Shown: piece by piece, positions 62,546 to 64,000 of the stretch
Numbering within the stretch: position 1 is the stretch's first letter
Layout: the number at the start of each line of letters is the position of its first letter
NCBI GenBank assembly: GCA_963813075.1
Contig: CAWEXU010000005.1
Span: 128,001 to 192,000 of the forward strand
Source of the DNA: Methanotrichaceae archaeon
GTDB lineage: Archaea; Halobacteriota; Methanosarcinia; Methanotrichales; Methanotrichaceae
DNA length: 64,000 nucleotides
Direction: 5' to 3'
Made by a program: the position numbers and the translations under genes
Notes under the pieces: model-generated
What the model was told of the DNA's origin: nothing
What the model saw: the letters and a program-made list of their open reading frames with translations, nothing else
The model's database searches: none

Positions 62546-63985
62546 ATGTTTAGGGACCAGCGTTTGGGGGAGACAAGCCGTGACATTCTGGATTATCTGT
62601 CCAGCCGGGAGGCTGACCAGAGGATCTTTAAGGCCGATCTCCTGGTGGACAGAGCCCATCTTGTCATGCTGAAAGAAAAGGGCCTGATATCGGAAGAGGT
62701 TTACTCGAAGATCATTTCTGCTCTGGACGAGATCGGAGAGGGACTGCCCCTCGAGAGCGGAGAGGATATTCACGAGGCGATTGAGGCAGCAGTCATCGAC
62801 CGGGTGGGTCCGGAGGGGGGGAGGATGCATACCGCCCGCTCTCGCAATGACGAGGTGGCAACATGCATCCGCCTGGCCCTGAGAGAGGAGATGCTGGAAC
62901 TGATGGCCGAGGAGCTGGCCTATATCAGAACGCTGGTCCGTCTGGCGGCGGAGCATAAAGAGACCATCATCCCCGGGTTCACCCACACCCAGCATGCCCA
63001 GCCCACCACCCTGGCCCATCACCTCCTGGCCCATTCTGATGCCGCTTTTCGCGACCTGGGACGACTGGAAGACGCCTACAGCAGAGTCAATCAGAATCCC
63101 CTGGGTGCGGCGGCCTTTGCCTCTACCGGCTTTGATATTGACCGGTCCAGGACAAGCGAGCTTCTGGGATTCGAGGGACTGGTGGAAAACAGCATGGATG
63201 CGGTCTCCAGCCGGGACTTCATCCTGGAGGTCATGGCTGCTCTCTCCATCATCATGATCAACTGCAGCCGCCTGGCCGAGGAGATGATCCTCTGGTCTAC
63301 CACTGAGTTCGGCTATCTGGAGCTGGATAACCTTTATGCCTCCACCAGTTCCATCATGCCCCAGAAGAAAAATCCGGATACCGCAGAGCTGGCCCGCGCC
63401 AAGACCGGATCGACCATCGGCTCATTCATGGCCGCTTTATCCATCTGCAAGGCCCTGCCAATGAGCTACAACCGGGATCTTCAGGAGGTCACAGCTCACC
63501 TGTGGCGAAGCTTAGACTGGACGCGCAGCACCGTGAGGATCCTGGAGGGATCCATATCCACCCTCAAGTTCAATACCGAAAGGATGGAAGAATGCTCCGG
63601 CACGGGCTTTTCCACTGCCACCGAGCTGGCCGACTCCCTGGTGAGGATCACCGGTATGCCATTTCGCACCGCACACCGCATTGTGGGCCGGATCGCCGCC
63701 GGGAAAGATGTGCCGGGATTGGCCCGGCTGGATGAGATCAGTCTGGAGGTCTGGGGATTCTCTGTCAGCGAGCGGGGTTTTTCCGAGAATGATCTATTGA
63801 GGGCAATCGATCCCAAGAGCAATGTGGCTCTGCGGGCGAACACCGGCGGTCCGGCGGCAGCAGAAACCGCAAGGATGATCCTGGAGAGGGAGAGGATGAT
63901 CTCAGCTGAAAAGGAGCGTCTGGCCGGAATGCGAAGCCGGGTGGATGGAGCGATAGAGGTTCTGCTCTCTATAATGAAATCTTGA
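62546..63985 (+). CDS. argH: Argininosuccinate lyase
   Basis: HTARSRND, HTQHAQP, SSIMPQKKNPD, YNRDLQE. Confidence 0.96.
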   Translation: MFRDQRLGETSRDILDYLSSREADQRIFKADLLVDRAHLVMLKEKGLISEEVYSKIISALDEIGEGLPLESGEDIHEAIEAAVIDRVGPEGGRMHTARSRNDEVATCIRLALREEMLELMAEELAYIRTLVRLAAEHKETIIPGFTHTQHAQPTTLAHHLLAHSDAAFRDLGRLEDAYSRVNQNPLGAAAFASTGFDIDRSRTSELLGFEGLVENSMDAVSSRDFILEVMAALSIIMINCSRLAEEMILWSTTEFGYLELDNLYASTSSIMPQKKNPDTAELARAKTGSTIGSFMAALSICKALPMSYNRDLQEVTAHLWRSLDWTRSTVRILEGSISTLKFNTERMEECSGTGFSTATELADSLVRITGMPFRTAHRIVGRIAAGKDVPGLARLDEISLEVWGFSVSERGFSENDLLRAIDPKSNVALRANTGGPAAAETARMILERERMISAEKERLAGMRSRVDGAIEVLLSIMKS

Positions 63986-64000
63986 GTTAAATTGATCTGG

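Overview
Archaeal chromosomal segment, most consistent with a Methanothrix (Methanosaeta)-like methanogen. The inference rests on CDC48/VAT, Hel308, archaeal LeuS, thermosome, AglB, Dph5, a stand-alone mcrC, a CCA-less tRNA-Ile and argC-CBS-argJ-argH. Core genes occupy about 1-14.3 kb and 47-64 kb. Between them are three accessory blocks. (i) 14.3-19.5 kb: a decaying toxin-antitoxin array downstream of leuS, with a second copy of the leuS 3' end, a MITE with an 8-bp target duplication and a 387-bp non-autonomous IS200/IS605 element with intact ends. (ii) 22-31 kb: a stress/sulfur/redox cluster. (iii) 32.9-47 kb, the most interesting block: two large secreted Cys-rich tandem-repeat proteins with a shared C-terminal domain and a shared upstream 12-bp motif, each followed convergently by its own membrane-anchored multi-thioredoxin (PDI-like) gene. 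This is a candidate dedicated disulfide-folding and surface-fibre system in an obligate anaerobe. About a dozen single-base frameshifts, including in core genes, look like long-read consensus errors rather than biology. All family assignments come from motif recognition by eye; no database searches were run.
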